Shown piece by piece: positions 24,943 to 37,414 of a DNA stretch of 64,000 nucleotides; within the stretch, counting starts at the first letter, position 1, and each line of letters begins with the position of its first letter. Made by a program: the position numbers and the translations under genes. The stretch comes from Selaginella moellendorffii (Eukaryota > Plantae > Lycopodiophyta). The notes beneath the pieces are model-generated. The model made no database searches, was not told the origin of the DNA, and was given only the letters and a program-made list of their open reading frames with translations. The DNA lies in contig NW_003314406.1 in the NCBI RefSeq assembly GCF_000143415.4, positions 10,765 to 74,764 on the forward strand, read 5' to 3'.

Positions 24943-25455
24943 ATGGTTGGTGTTGTTATATTGGTTGGACTGACAAATGTTATATGCAAGGATACTGGGA
25001 CTCTCATTAAGAGGAGGACGTTATGTCTTGGTGATGAATCAGGAAGGAGTGAAGGAGTATTGATGTTTGTCTTTGGGACTCCAAAGCTGAAGAGGTATTC
25101 AAAAATATATGAAAAGTTTCAAAGAGGAGAGAAGCAGGTCTTGTGTGTAAAAAGTGGTAAAATATCTGAATACGATGGGAAGTCAATATTTGTTATAGGA
25201 GTTTCAATAGTTTTACTTGATGCTGATATAGAGATTGTAGCTAGAGTACGTGCATGGTATTCAGTAACTTTAGATTCCATCAGTTTCATCTATGTCACCG
25301 GGTCATCAGGCTCTAATTTAGCTGTTCGTATGATGGGACTTAATCTCAAGGTTGTGAAGAGTTCAGACAGTTACAGAATTACTGCTAACATCAGAGACAT
25401 TTGCTTTGATAATTTTTCTTATCTAGCTTGTACAGCAGATCTTGAGTCATGGTGA
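24943..25455 (+). pseudogene. RPA1/RPA70 OB-fold fragment
   Basis: VVILVG..KDTGTLIKRRTLCLGDESGRS...VLCVKSGKISEYDGKSI...LDADIEIVARVRAWY...FSYLAC resembles the RPA1 DBD-B/C region. RPA-like genes are known cargo of plant Helitrons. Confidence 0.75.
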
Positions 25456-28400
25456 CAGCAGTGGAGTTGCTGGAGAAAGAAACGACAAGGGCTGTAGGGT
25501 GTTGCTGTGGAAAGCAGTCGAAGATCAACTGTTTGCCAGGAATGGTTGTGGTTGTTGCCAATAGGCTTGGTGCAAGTGAGCAAACCCTGGATGCAAGGGG
25601 AGAAGAAGAGGAAAATAAACAAAAGAAAAAGGAAAAAAAGAAGACAAAGAGCTATGCTTAAAAAGTTTGAGATATGGCTTTTACGAGGTAAGAGGATCTG
25701 TAAAAGTAGAATAAGAGAAGATACTTCTTCTATTCCTGCTCTAGGATATCTAAAACTGAGACTTTGGTGAGAATATCATATTTTAATTTCCATGATCTTT
25801 GACTACAGCATATCCTTTTTAATGCAAATGTCGAGAAGGTCTTCTGCATCTTTGAATGGATTGTATTTGAACATGTCCTTGGCAAATGTAGTATCAACTT
25901 GTAAAGCAATACCTTCGAGACATATTGGTTTCCACTTCTTAATGCCTCGTTTAGGATGGAGGTCATTCATAGTGTTGAGGAGTTCCTGAGCCATATCTCC
26001 TTTAAATTCCTTGCAAACATCAAATGGAACACCGAATCCATAATGTAGTGCCGAGAATACATATGGATTAATTCCGTTGGTTTTCTTGTCAAAGATTTTC
26101 TGAATTTCTTTTTTGTGTGGGAGCCGATTGTTGTAAAGCTTTCCACTAAGTCTATGAGCTGTAAGTACTGTAAGTGCTGCATGCAAAAAAAAAAAAAAAT
26201 TTATTCTGCTTGAAAAAGAAAAAAATAAATTGGATCCAAGCTTACCTAGGGCTACCAATTTCTTTTTGTTAATCTTCTTGAACTGTTTTATCTTTTCCTT
26301 ATATTCTTTAATCTTTCTCGAAATTCCATCTATGTCATCAAAGCCATAAATAAATTCTTTTGGTGGGCATCCAAGTACATCTAGTAGTCGGGCTTGTTGC
26401 CATTTGGAAAGAACCTGTTTTATAGTGTATTAAATTCTAAATTAGAATATAATATAATAAATTAGAATATAAATATTAAATTATTTAAAATTAGAATTCG
26501 AGAATTTGTATTAAACGGAAAGTAATATACCGCTTTACATGCACAACAAACTATCTCACAACAAACGCTCTGTTTTTCTCCTTTGAATATTTGCCAAAGC
26601 TTCTTTCCAGATTTCTGCTGTTCTGGTTGCTTTGCTAATTTCTGCCATTGTTTGTAATAGAACCTACATTAAACTCTAAGTCGATAGTTAGTCAAAATTG
26701 ATTGTGATATCTTCTCAATAGGTACCATGCTATCAGTAGAAGTGACTGATTGGCATAGATCAGCAACTGTCATTATTATTTTCATTGCCTTGTTTTATAT
26801 TTTCTTTCATTTGTTCTTTGGTAAGAAACTTACAGAGTCTTTGGCTCCACATTTGATTTGTCTTCTAGCAAATACCTAGACACAAATGCTAAACTGTAAA
26901 CTTTTTAAATATTAAACTGTAACTGTTTTTCTGGGATAAATATCGCTTCAGTTTACTGACCAAACATTTATAAAGTCATACAAAAGATGTACATTACATT
27001 TACTGGACGATATCAAACATTCGCTTCACTTTAAAAACTTCATTTGCTTCCTTGTGACACACTCAAAGAATTTCCAAAGAGATTGTTGGATGTGTCATCC
27101 AAGAGCAATTGCAAGCCGGTGATGAAGTATCCAGCCAGGGTCTCTCAATTGTCTTGTGCGTCAAACTTCTCCGTGTGTTGCATCTCCTTGAGATTGAACC
27201 TTGCCCAATTTTATCCGTTAGAGGACTATCTTGAGACAGCCTTTGCCCTGCATATCACATTGTTACTGCCAGTGTTTTTCTAGCCCGCCATCACCACCAC
27301 CGCTCAGCCAAACAAAACCCACCAAGCAAAGAAGCTCTGGAAGTGTGGGACGAAGTCTCCAAGCTCTCACAGCATGATCCCAAGTGTCTGGCACTCTTCA
27401 TCTCCCCGCTCACCACAATCTCCACCAAAACCTATGGATGCCTGCCTCCATCCCCAGCTGGAAGCCATCCCCAAACTTCCAACACTTGAGCCCTCCTCGG
27501 ACTCCAAATCTTGGGGCCCAGTGTATAAGGAAGACACCACCTCTGCTAACAAACACCTTATGGTTGTGTTCCAGGGCACCTCCACCCAGGCAAACATGTG
27601 TGTCAATTGGATCCTGTTTGGAGAGCTACCAAGGACGTTGCTTACAAGTCTGAGCTCTTGCCTCTCCACCTATTCCAACCAGACCTCGACTACGTCTCCC
27701 AAGCTGTGAGCTACACACACCAAGTTGTGGAGGTGTGTCCAAACACATCGCTTCTACTCATTGGGTGCCAGACTCACAGTTCTCGGCTAGGTGAACCTGC
27801 TGCTGTTGTTGCTGCTGTCAGCAGCCCGGGAGCTGGAGGCTCACTGCAGTTGTGGTCCTTTCAGCTCTCTTAGGAGATAATTCGTAACATGGCTGTGATT
27901 GGAAACGGGTGGGATTCCGTGTTCACGGCGTCATGGGACAACATTGGCACGGCTTGTTTGGTGTAGCACCAGGGAGCATCGGACAGTGTGGCTTGTTCAG
28001 TGAGTGATGGGAGCTCCTTCCAGGCACACAGCCCCAATGGGATTCTCGATAAACTATAGATAGGAGACAAGTCTACATGCTTAGTGCATTAGAGAGCAAG
28101 TGTGTGCTAGAAAAACTTACTGTGCATCTGTGAGGTGTCTGTGACTGGCAATAAACAGCCATCCTGGATTTGCTAGAATGCAAACACATGCCTGAAGAAC
28201 CATCACAATGTTAGTCATTTAAAAAAAAAAAAAAACAAAGCTCACTGGATTCTGTTGTATTGATCATGATGCCATTGATCAGCTTCACTGGACTGGAGAA
28301 ACATCACAAGGCACCTTGGATTCACTTGAATGTTAGAGTACCTGGAGAAGCAGCACATTGTTTTTTTCTTCTGAGCAATACCTGTATCGTTCAGAAATTT

Positions 28401-29289
28401 TGAATACTCTTGCATTTTAGACATATTTGAGGTTGCATCAGTTAAAGCCTCCATCTTGTGCTCTGCATCTTTGACAAACTCAAAAGCTTAGTGTAGCTTT
28501 AACTGTAAAGCCTGAATAACTTTTTGCTTCTCCACAGCAAAATGGCTTGGTGGACAATCTGGCAAGGAAGTCTCTAAAATCCGTTCCATTTTCATTGCTG
28601 CAGCATCAGTGTCACATCATCTTCAGAGTTCCTTGTCCACCCTCAGTTCATTATAGTAGTTGCATCTGCCATCTCAACTTCCACTTTTGCACACTGACAT
28701 CCATTTTTTTTTATCTATAGCCAGCTATGTATTTTTTGAGAAACCTGTTCAACTCCCATGCGTCTTCAAGTTCTTCCGTAATCTTCAGTACCTCCTGTTC
28801 AGTCTTTGATTTTTCTGTCTCATCAAAGCCCACAGTCTTCTCTTAGTAACAGATTTCTTCTTTTCCTTCTCAATTCAAGCTGTAGTGACTGCATCTTGGC
28901 TGTACTGTCATCACTTTTGTATTTTGCTGTTTCATGAAAGCTTGTTGATTAACACTAATTACAGGCTTTCCATCTGCTCACATAACTCGTTTGCTTCTTG
29001 CATTAAACAATATTAGCACCTCCATGTCCTGGCCAACAATCTTCAGGTGGGTTGACATATTCTTGTCATTGTATACACACCTGATCTGCATTCTCGACTG
29101 CAGCTCTAAGTGTGCACTGGATTCTACACCATAGGCATTTCTCTACTTATAATGCCAAAAGAGTTCAATTGAAGATTATCAGGAGAGTTTATTTTGACAT
29201 TGCAGACACAGGTACTGGATGGTTTTTCAAAAACTCTTAGAAGCTTAGGGTATGAATCTTAGGATATACTCTTAGGGTATGTGTATGAT

Positions 29290-29430
29290 TTACGGTCTTT
29301 GCAACGTCGTTTGAATGTGTTTGCATAAGAACAGGTCATGAGTACTGGGAAGATGAAGGCATTGAAGAAAAAAAGCCAGCATGCAGGCAAATGATGAACA
29401 TATTTCACCCATATGATCCTCTCACCTGTA
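29290..29430 (+). pseudogene. DDHD-domain phospholipase (SGR2-like) exon fragment
   Basis: Manual translation GHEYWEDEGIEEKKPACRQMMNIFHPYDPLTCR matches the NIFHPYDPVAYR motif. Confidence 0.7.
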
Positions 29431-29789
29431 GGTATCAATATACTTCTGTGTGACCAGTGTTTACATTTATCCTTTTGTCCTGATTACAGAGTGGACCTCT
29501 GATATCTATTATTTTTGGAGAAAGTCAATGAATATCTTGGGATACAGGTAATCATAGTTCTTTGTAAGTTTTGTTGTCAAAGCTAGAGGAAATTCTTCGG
29601 TTGGGGTATGGTTTTGTCACAGTTTTTTATGGTAGTATGGTGACAGAAAGGCTATCTAGAAGTCCTAATGGTAGAGTCGACTTAATGCTACAGGTAAGTC
29701 TTGCTCTTTGCTATCACGTCATTCTCATGTGGATCCAGGATACAAAATTTGAGCACCACTACATATCGGTATCTGATAACGACAGCAGT

Positions 29790-29825
<36 letters not shown>

Positions 29826-30434
29826 GGAATCACAGCAGCAGCAGCATCACCAGCAAGAAGATCTTAAGGCCATCCACCAGGAGTTTGGGATCAGTCACAT
29901 GTACGTAGCGGCCAGGTGAGAAGGTCAGTGCGAGGGACAGGGACGAAGATATCACAAGGGACAGGGACGAAGATCTTGCAGGGTTGGCCTTCACCCACGA
30001 GCAGCAGAGATTGATGAGGTCACTGGTTTGCTCTATCACTTCTGCTCAACCCAGTGGCAAGGTGAGCTTCATTGTGGTGGCGGTGATCTAGAGCAGGTTA
30101 ATGACCATGCGTTTCTCTACAGGGGCACGGTGATGTACAAATCCAATTAGTCTGAAGACAAGAAGCATCGTCACACCCATGGACGTGTATCAATTCTTGT
30201 GACACACTAGGTAGGATCCAATCCAACTTCACCAACTCGCAGAGAAAAAGAGAACTAAGAAAGACAAACAAAGAATAGTGGCCATGGCCATATCTGGACA
30301 AATTAAGTGAATTGGTGCCAGATTCAATTGTATTTGTGTTGTAATACTACATTATTTATAACGTGTCTCCTGCTCTTGACTGTCTAGAAGTCCCAATGGT
30401 AGAGCCAATTTCATGCTACAAGGATCATTGATGA

Positions 30435-31870
30435 AACAAATCTCGCCATGTAAGATTGCACTGCCTGAGCAAAGCCAGGCTTGTACGAGAAGAGCAGCCC
30501 ACGGAAAAGCTTCCCATCGATGGACGCTTCTAATGTGTATCCGTAGTTGAATACGTCGCTTACTCTAGCCTCGAACATCTTCTTGCCTAGCGGCTGAACA
30601 TGAGCTTGAAACTATGTAGCATGAGTTTGACAGGGAAAAATTGGAGAGGTCCAAGTTTTTCTGCAGATACCTCCGTGAGATGAAACCAAGCTCTTGTCCG
30701 CATCCCGTTGCTTGTCTAGCACGAATGGCGTGGCACGATACTCTTGCCGCCTTCTCTTAAGTTCCTTATGCATGGCGCATGGATAGCTTTGGCTCTGATG
30801 GATCTTTCTCCCTCAGCATCTCTTCACAGAAAAACGGCAACCATATTGTCAAGAATGTCAGCAATGTCAATTAAAGAAGAACCCAACCTGTGTCGAGGAA
30901 ATACATGTCATCCAGAGCTTCAAGCTCTTCGTTACATCCCCCATAGAAGAATCATATGCCTCGCTCTGCGTCCACGGAATCTCCTGCAAGGGAGAAACAT
31001 GGAGAAGGCCAGGGACCAGAGGGATTCGAAGTCGCCCAAACACCAGTCACTACAAAATACGTAAAAGCCCCATGAGAGACTCACGTACTTAAGTCGAGAG
31101 TATGGACGTCATTGAATAGCTTGTGATCATAGGAGAATCCTCCAAACACGACGAGATACTTTCCATGGCTGATTGTTGTGTGCCCGGCTCTTAGCATCAG
31201 CTCCACACCAGTCGTCTTTACCTCCTGCCATGCCATTGTTTCTGGAAACGCAAATGAATTCGCAAGTTTAAAACCAGCACAATGTATGTACCTGTGTCCA
31301 GAATATAAACGTCATTTAGATAGGCATTACCACTGTCCTCGCCACCCATGACAATGAAACAGTTCTTATAGAAAGAGCAGGTGTGGCCATCCCGAGGAAT
31401 AAGCGAGACTCCAGTGGTAGAAATCTTCTTCCAGACAAAAGTATCTACAGGAAAAAAAAAGGTTTAGAAGAAAACAAGAAAAGATAACAGGATATTACTC
31501 GTGTTCAAAACATGGAGGTCGTTGTAGTACTCCTACTCTGAGGGATCGCTGGATTTCCCACATCCCCCAAACACAAACAGGTTGTCACCGATGAGAGACG
31601 CGCTATGTCCTTCTCTCGGAGCAGGAACATCATCAAAAACGTCAGGTTTCCCCCAGGTGGTGGTAGCTGCATCGGATGATAAGAACAAGAAAAAAAAATC
31701 GATAGAACTCGGAGCTTACCAGTATCCAAAACAAAGAGATCGTTCAGCGGGCTGGTTCCATCGGTACCACCAAACACATAGAGCTTAGACCCGACGGCCG
31801 TTGAGCTGTGGCTGTCTCGAGGAGAAGGGTGCGTTCCTTTCATCACAGGCTTGCTCCAGGTGTACGTCCC
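30435..31870 (-). pseudogene. Kelch-repeat protein fragment, copy 2
   Basis: MKGTHPSPRDSHSSTAVGSKLYVFGGTDGTSPLNDLFVLDT and further kelch exons; more complete than the copy at 1290-2565. Confidence 0.85.
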
Positions 31871-34800
31871 TGCGCGATCCCACCAGAAGAGTGAAGAACC
31901 TTGATTCTAGTTGTTATTGACAACGTGAATCCCCTCGTTGTCCGAGACGTTGTCCCTGTCGTGAGCTCCATCCACCATAGCCTCTTCGCCTTTCACTCCC
32001 AATCCTCATCGCATTTCCAAGCAGAGCACGTCTATCTGTCGAATGCACCTGCACAGGCGGATGCTGGCGATTTTTTTCCCAGCATAAATCTGGAAGGCGT
32101 CAAGCCTGTTATCGCTGATCATCGAGCACAACTATGGTGACACAGAGAAAGCCGTGAGCCTCTCAAACCTTTGCAAATGGAGAAACAAACACAACCTCGT
32201 TGTAATAGGCTGGGACTTTCAGCCGCTTAGGATCGTTATCCAGTGCCGTTCCCAGGACTCCTTCCGGAGCTGTCCAAAAATGAATGCGTTAGAGTTTTTT
32301 CTAGTGTCTAAATCGAAGGAACTCACTCAAAGGTGTTGGATAAGGAACAAATGTAGGTTGCGGCTTTTGGTAGGAGGTTTTTTGGTCCCTCACCAGACTC
32401 GACGCCACCGTTGCTGCAATTGGCCGGAATATCTTGGTCATCCTGGAACATCTCAAGTTAGAATCGCAGGGACGACAATAGGGGGGTCGAGACTCTTTTA
32501 CCAGATGATACTCTCTGTTGAGTACTTTTTCCATAACTGTAACTCTTTTCTTCACAAACTCGGTAATTCTACGAACTCTACAAACAGAGACAAATCCCTT
32601 CCTAGGGTTAGAAATAGGATAAATGAAATGTACCATCTACATATCAATCTGCAAAGCATTCCCTCCCAGTCGATGGAGCGGTTGCAAATCTAGAATTGAA
32701 ACAGTACCTCCCATATTGCCATCTTGGCCGTCTATATCAATCGTCACAGATTTGGACAGTCAGATGAATAGTATCTGCCATAAGTAAATTTGAATATTCT
32801 TAAAATGGAATATGTGATGCCGATGCCAAAATAGCAACTTTAAATAAAGAGTTTGACTAGCAAAAGTCCCAGCTACGCTGGGAGCATCGTGTTTATTCTT
32901 GATGTTTTAGTATTTCAAAAATTTGAAATCATAATTATAATTTTAATATAATCATAATTATAACATACATAGTTAACATAACATAATATAATATTTATAT
33001 TCAAAATCCCTTCTACAAATATAACATAATAATAATATAATAAATTTAACTTATAACATAATATAACATTTAAAACTCTGAGTGCTACATGATCTTCTAT
33101 AAATGGAATTTTTCACTGTGGGATTCGATGGCCAGATGAGTCAATTAAATATTGAGGCTTGGTAATTATTTTTTATTTGAAATCTCCATATAATTGATCT
33201 ACAATTTTTCCTCTTAATAAAAAATGTGTTCCTTAAGTACACTAAAATATAATGATTTCAAAAATAAAGATTTAAAACTCACTTAAACAATATACATCTT
33301 ATAAAATTAAAACAATATAATAATTTTTATGGAGTTGTATTTTTCATCTCTTTGGACTGAAAGTTTTGGAATTGCATGATACTAAGTGATAGAAATTACC
33401 TTTATGTGTTATATGTTTTTAGAAAAATTTCAAAATTTTACATATTTATCTTTGATATTCCCTTATTCCTAATACTTATATTCTTACATTTTGAGAGTAA
33501 TATTTAATATTAGAAGTATTCTACTTTATATCATTAGCATTATTTCTGTATGTGTTTTTTAATAGAGAGAATGCTAATGTAAAATAAGTTATTATCTCTC
33601 TATTTTCATGGATTTATATTTAAAATTAAGGCTTTATTACAATATTTTAAATGCTGATATTTTATAATGACATATGAATGGCAAGGATTTACTCTATAGT
33701 GAGGTAATGATGATATATAAACTTTTTCTTTAGTCTAAAAATATAATATACCAGAAAATTCATAAATGGTATATAGATAGATTTAATATAATTAAAATTT
33801 GTCTTGGAAAGAGATGAATATAATTGCATTGCATGGGCGACACTGCTTTGTACACTTCAAACAATTCTACAAGCCCAACATGTATGGATTGTTGAGGCAA
33901 TAACATGTGGACATTGGCTCAATATGGTGAACACTTCTCAAGCAGATAACTACAAGCTAATGCTCTGCTCAACAAGCTGCTAGAAGAACATCTGAGCAAT
34001 CTCAAGAAATTGCAAAGTTGTGTCAGTGATTCAAGATAATAGCACTGAACCAAAGTGATAGATGTTTACAATCTTGATGTGCCATTGATGAATACCAATG
34101 AATACCAATGCAATGTCCTTCAAGGTTAATATAATTATAGAATATGTATTAAAATATCATGGTACAGAAAAGGCTCAAGTTCTTCTTACAATCAGATGTG
34201 CTTTGCCATACCTTCACTTTCAAAACTTTCAACATACAACCTATCACGTCTCATGCTTGAATATCTTATATATATGTTTCTTAACTTTTCAAATATAAAG
34301 AACCAATAGAAATGAAAAGCCGAATAAGGAACTTTTCCAAATTACTAAACAACTGAAATGTATATGACACTCCCAGCTTCACTTCTGAGACTGAGATTTC
34401 TCTTTTTTCATATTATTAACAAAAGTATATACAAATTTATATGACTATTAATACAATCATCAATGATTAAACATATTGAGATTTCAATTGGCTCAGATGT
34501 AGTCTAAGATTTATGTAATATCATAAATTTTCTAACATTTTTTCTTACATTGTAATTATACATGACAAAAATAATAAGGTATAAATATCATTGAGACAAT
34601 ATTAGTACAAGAACCATCTAAAGAAATGTGATTCACCATCAATTGAACTCTTGCACTAATAAAACAAATGTTGATCTGAAGAAGCAACCACTATCTTTCA
34701 TCATTATTTTATTGTCATTGATTACAAGGTAGGATAAAATCAGCAATGGTAGAGGATCCTATTGATCATCCACTGGATTGCGTATCTTGGCTATTGGATG

Positions 34801-35827
34801 CATCCCCATATAAGCACCACCCACTACATAGAGTTGGCCATCCATAACCACACATGCACACAACTTTCAAGGACACAACATTGATGCCAAAGAACTCCAT
34901 CGATTCATGTGTAGATCAATATAGAACTTTCTGTCAAGAGCTTGACACACAAATTCTCCTATGTACTATAATCATCCACACTTTCTTGGCACTTCTAGGA
35001 TTGAATGATCAAGACCTCTTTCCCATGTTTGAGAAACACTGTTACCACCAGTACACCTTCAATCAATCCTTATACAGAACAATTGTCATAATACTTGGGC
35101 ACTGGAGACAAGATTCCTCCACACTCTGTTCATTTTATGCATTTGCCCGTGGGTTGATAATGGCACTCACAAGAGGCACCGGTACCCAGCATCATCATCT
35201 AATACAGGAATTAGTGTTGTTGTTGCCATGGTTGAGGGACCTATTTGCCCTGAATTCAAGAGGCAGACTGTTCATCTCATCACCATCGCTGCCCATTACA
35301 CACTTTATTATGGATCATTCCATGTACTATTAACCTCAAAGAAAAGTTACCTACCTGATCATTGCCCTAGCTTTCTTGACTTTGATTTGCTCCTGGCTAT
35401 GACATACCTTCCTCTTGCTATAGCAATTCTCTAACATTGCCTACCTCTATTCAATGTATCTCTCACATTCTCCTTGATGCCCATACCCAAGAATCAATAG
35501 TGCGAGTTCAACACCTAAAATAGGTTTTCTTTGTCATGTTACTGAAAAAAAAAGGGCCATAACCTGTATAAAGTTTTTTTTTATTTCCTACAACATTCAC
35601 AGCTCCAATGGTTTTATATTGGACATTTAATTCTTATACAAGGAAAATATGTGGTTGAGGGAGATTAAATTTTATATTAGTTTTATTTTATTTTATTTTA
35701 TTTTATTAGTGAGCTGTATTGGATTGAGTCTTTATAAAGTTTACAACATGTTTGAGATAACTATTTATCATGACACTTATATGAGCTTGGTTTACAAAGG
35801 TTATAGCCAATGAAATATAGAGGATTA

Positions 35828-35851
35828 AAGCTCTATTTCGTTAAAGTGGGA
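35828..35851 (+). repeat. Left TIR
   Basis: AAGCTCTATTTCGTTAAAGTGGGA, preceded by ATTA. Confidence 0.9.
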
Positions 35852-36487
35852 TTTATTCAGTAAAATGGGACTAGGTACAAATTTTCAAGTATTTGAAAAT
35901 GACGTGAAATTATATGTTTTTTGTCCAGGGGCTAGACATATCTGGGGCATGGTGACTAGCGCGGTGACTTTATGTCCAGACTGAGTCCATCTGGTTGTAT
36001 AATAAATCTCATTGTCAAGGTGAACAAGCCGAATTTGAAGCTAAAGAAGAGCGATGGCATGCGCGCACACACTATTTGTTTGTTCATTGAGCATGTGGTG
36101 AGCTTTCCAAGATGAACGTCATTCCTATTAGCCAGACATATAACTTAATGGTGAGAACATTTAGATATTATTCAATGTTATCTTTTTCTAACGAATCTAA
36201 TTGTGAAGGTGTAGCAAGAGGCATTGCTAGTCTGGAGAAGTCATTTAACTCATTTGACCCTTAGTGTATTTTCATGAAACTAAATAACATTCATATTATT
36301 AAGGAATTTCTCTAGTACCTTTTTTTTACGACATAGAGGCTTGCATTTCTTTCAAAGGTGATTTAGTAAAAGGCCTGAGGGCACATGCCATTCTATTTCT
36401 CAGACCGGTATTAAGATATACTAGTGCAAAGGGAAAAAGGTATTTAGTGATCAAGTAAATGGCATGAGGGCACACGCCATTATAAGC

Positions 36488-36745
36488 CTAAGCGCTAGTG
36501 GACACCTCCTTTTTGGTACTCTCAGCGGTACTATCATCCTTCTCCGGGTCAGTTGTTTTGCTTTGGATTGTTGTCTCTAACGTTACTGGGGCGTTCTCGA
36601 TAGTTGTTAATGTTGCCGTTTGTTCAGAAAAATGATCACCTGGAGTATAGTACGGGGAGTTTGGAAGACTTATATATTCTACATCTTCACCTATCTCCTT
36701 CTCCGTCTCCTTTTCTGCCTCACTTACAGATTTTGTGCTTGCCAT
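36488..36745 (-). CDS. Possible first exon of a small third gene in the transposon, function unknown
   Basis: ATG at 36745 starts an acidic, Thr-rich open frame (MASTKSVSEAEKETEKEIGEDVEY...). No recognisable domain. Confidence 0.35.
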   Translation of the reverse strand: MASTKSVSEAEKETEKEIGEDVEYISLPNSPYYTPGDHFSEQTATLTTIENAPVTLETTIQSKTTDPEKDDSTAESTKKEVSTSA

Positions 36746-37414
36746 GAGAACGCTCTTCACCCTAAAATATGGAGTTTGTTGTGTTATAAAAGGAAACCAA
36801 CACACACACTGCAAGGGAATGATGGTACATAAAGCACATAAGCCCACAATATGGGTTTATGTGCCATTAATATGGGCCACACGCCATATTATTAGATTTA
36901 TGCACGTGTGATTGGTAAATGCATATATCACATCATCTTTGTTTTACCTCACACACTATATCAGGCCTAATGAACCATATCACATGTGTGCACATGCTAT
37001 ATATATGGAGAAGTATTATGCAAGGATAGAAATTCAATGCATGATTGTGGAGAGCAATGGCATGAAGCCACATGCTAAATAACATTTTAGAGAAAGAATT
37101 AAAATAAAAACATGCAAACAGTACTAAGTGGACCAAGACTTAGAAGTGCACAATTGAATGAGGTATTTCTAATAAATACTTCACTCACCTCATATAGGAA
37201 TGGCTACCACTCTCAAATGGCGTATCGCCTCATGCCATCACCTCGCAATTTGTTATAACAATCCGATGAATTCATATTCGGCTTGTTCACCTTGAACTTT
37301 AAGTAAGATTTGCTAGAACAACTAAGAATTTATACTTGTTATTTGTATCATCTCACCTAGGAATGGCGTAAGGCCACATGCCATCATGCCTCCTCTGATT
37401 CAGATTCGGATTGT

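Larger units (their letters stand above)
9621..32856 (-). mobile_element. Helitron-like unit H2, interrupted by the nested insertion 9790-24920
   Basis: CTAG at 9621-9624 plus hairpin; 5' end TCAAACTC at 32856. The host sequence rejoins across the nested element as ...ttagataataa(9789)|(24921)tgcatgtgttggagaagataag. Confidence 0.7.

Noticed and set aside
25730-29040. Possible LINE or RepHel remnants and coiled-coil exons
   Set aside because: The sequence looks coding, but I could recognise no RT, HUH or PIF1 motifs, so it is left unassigned.
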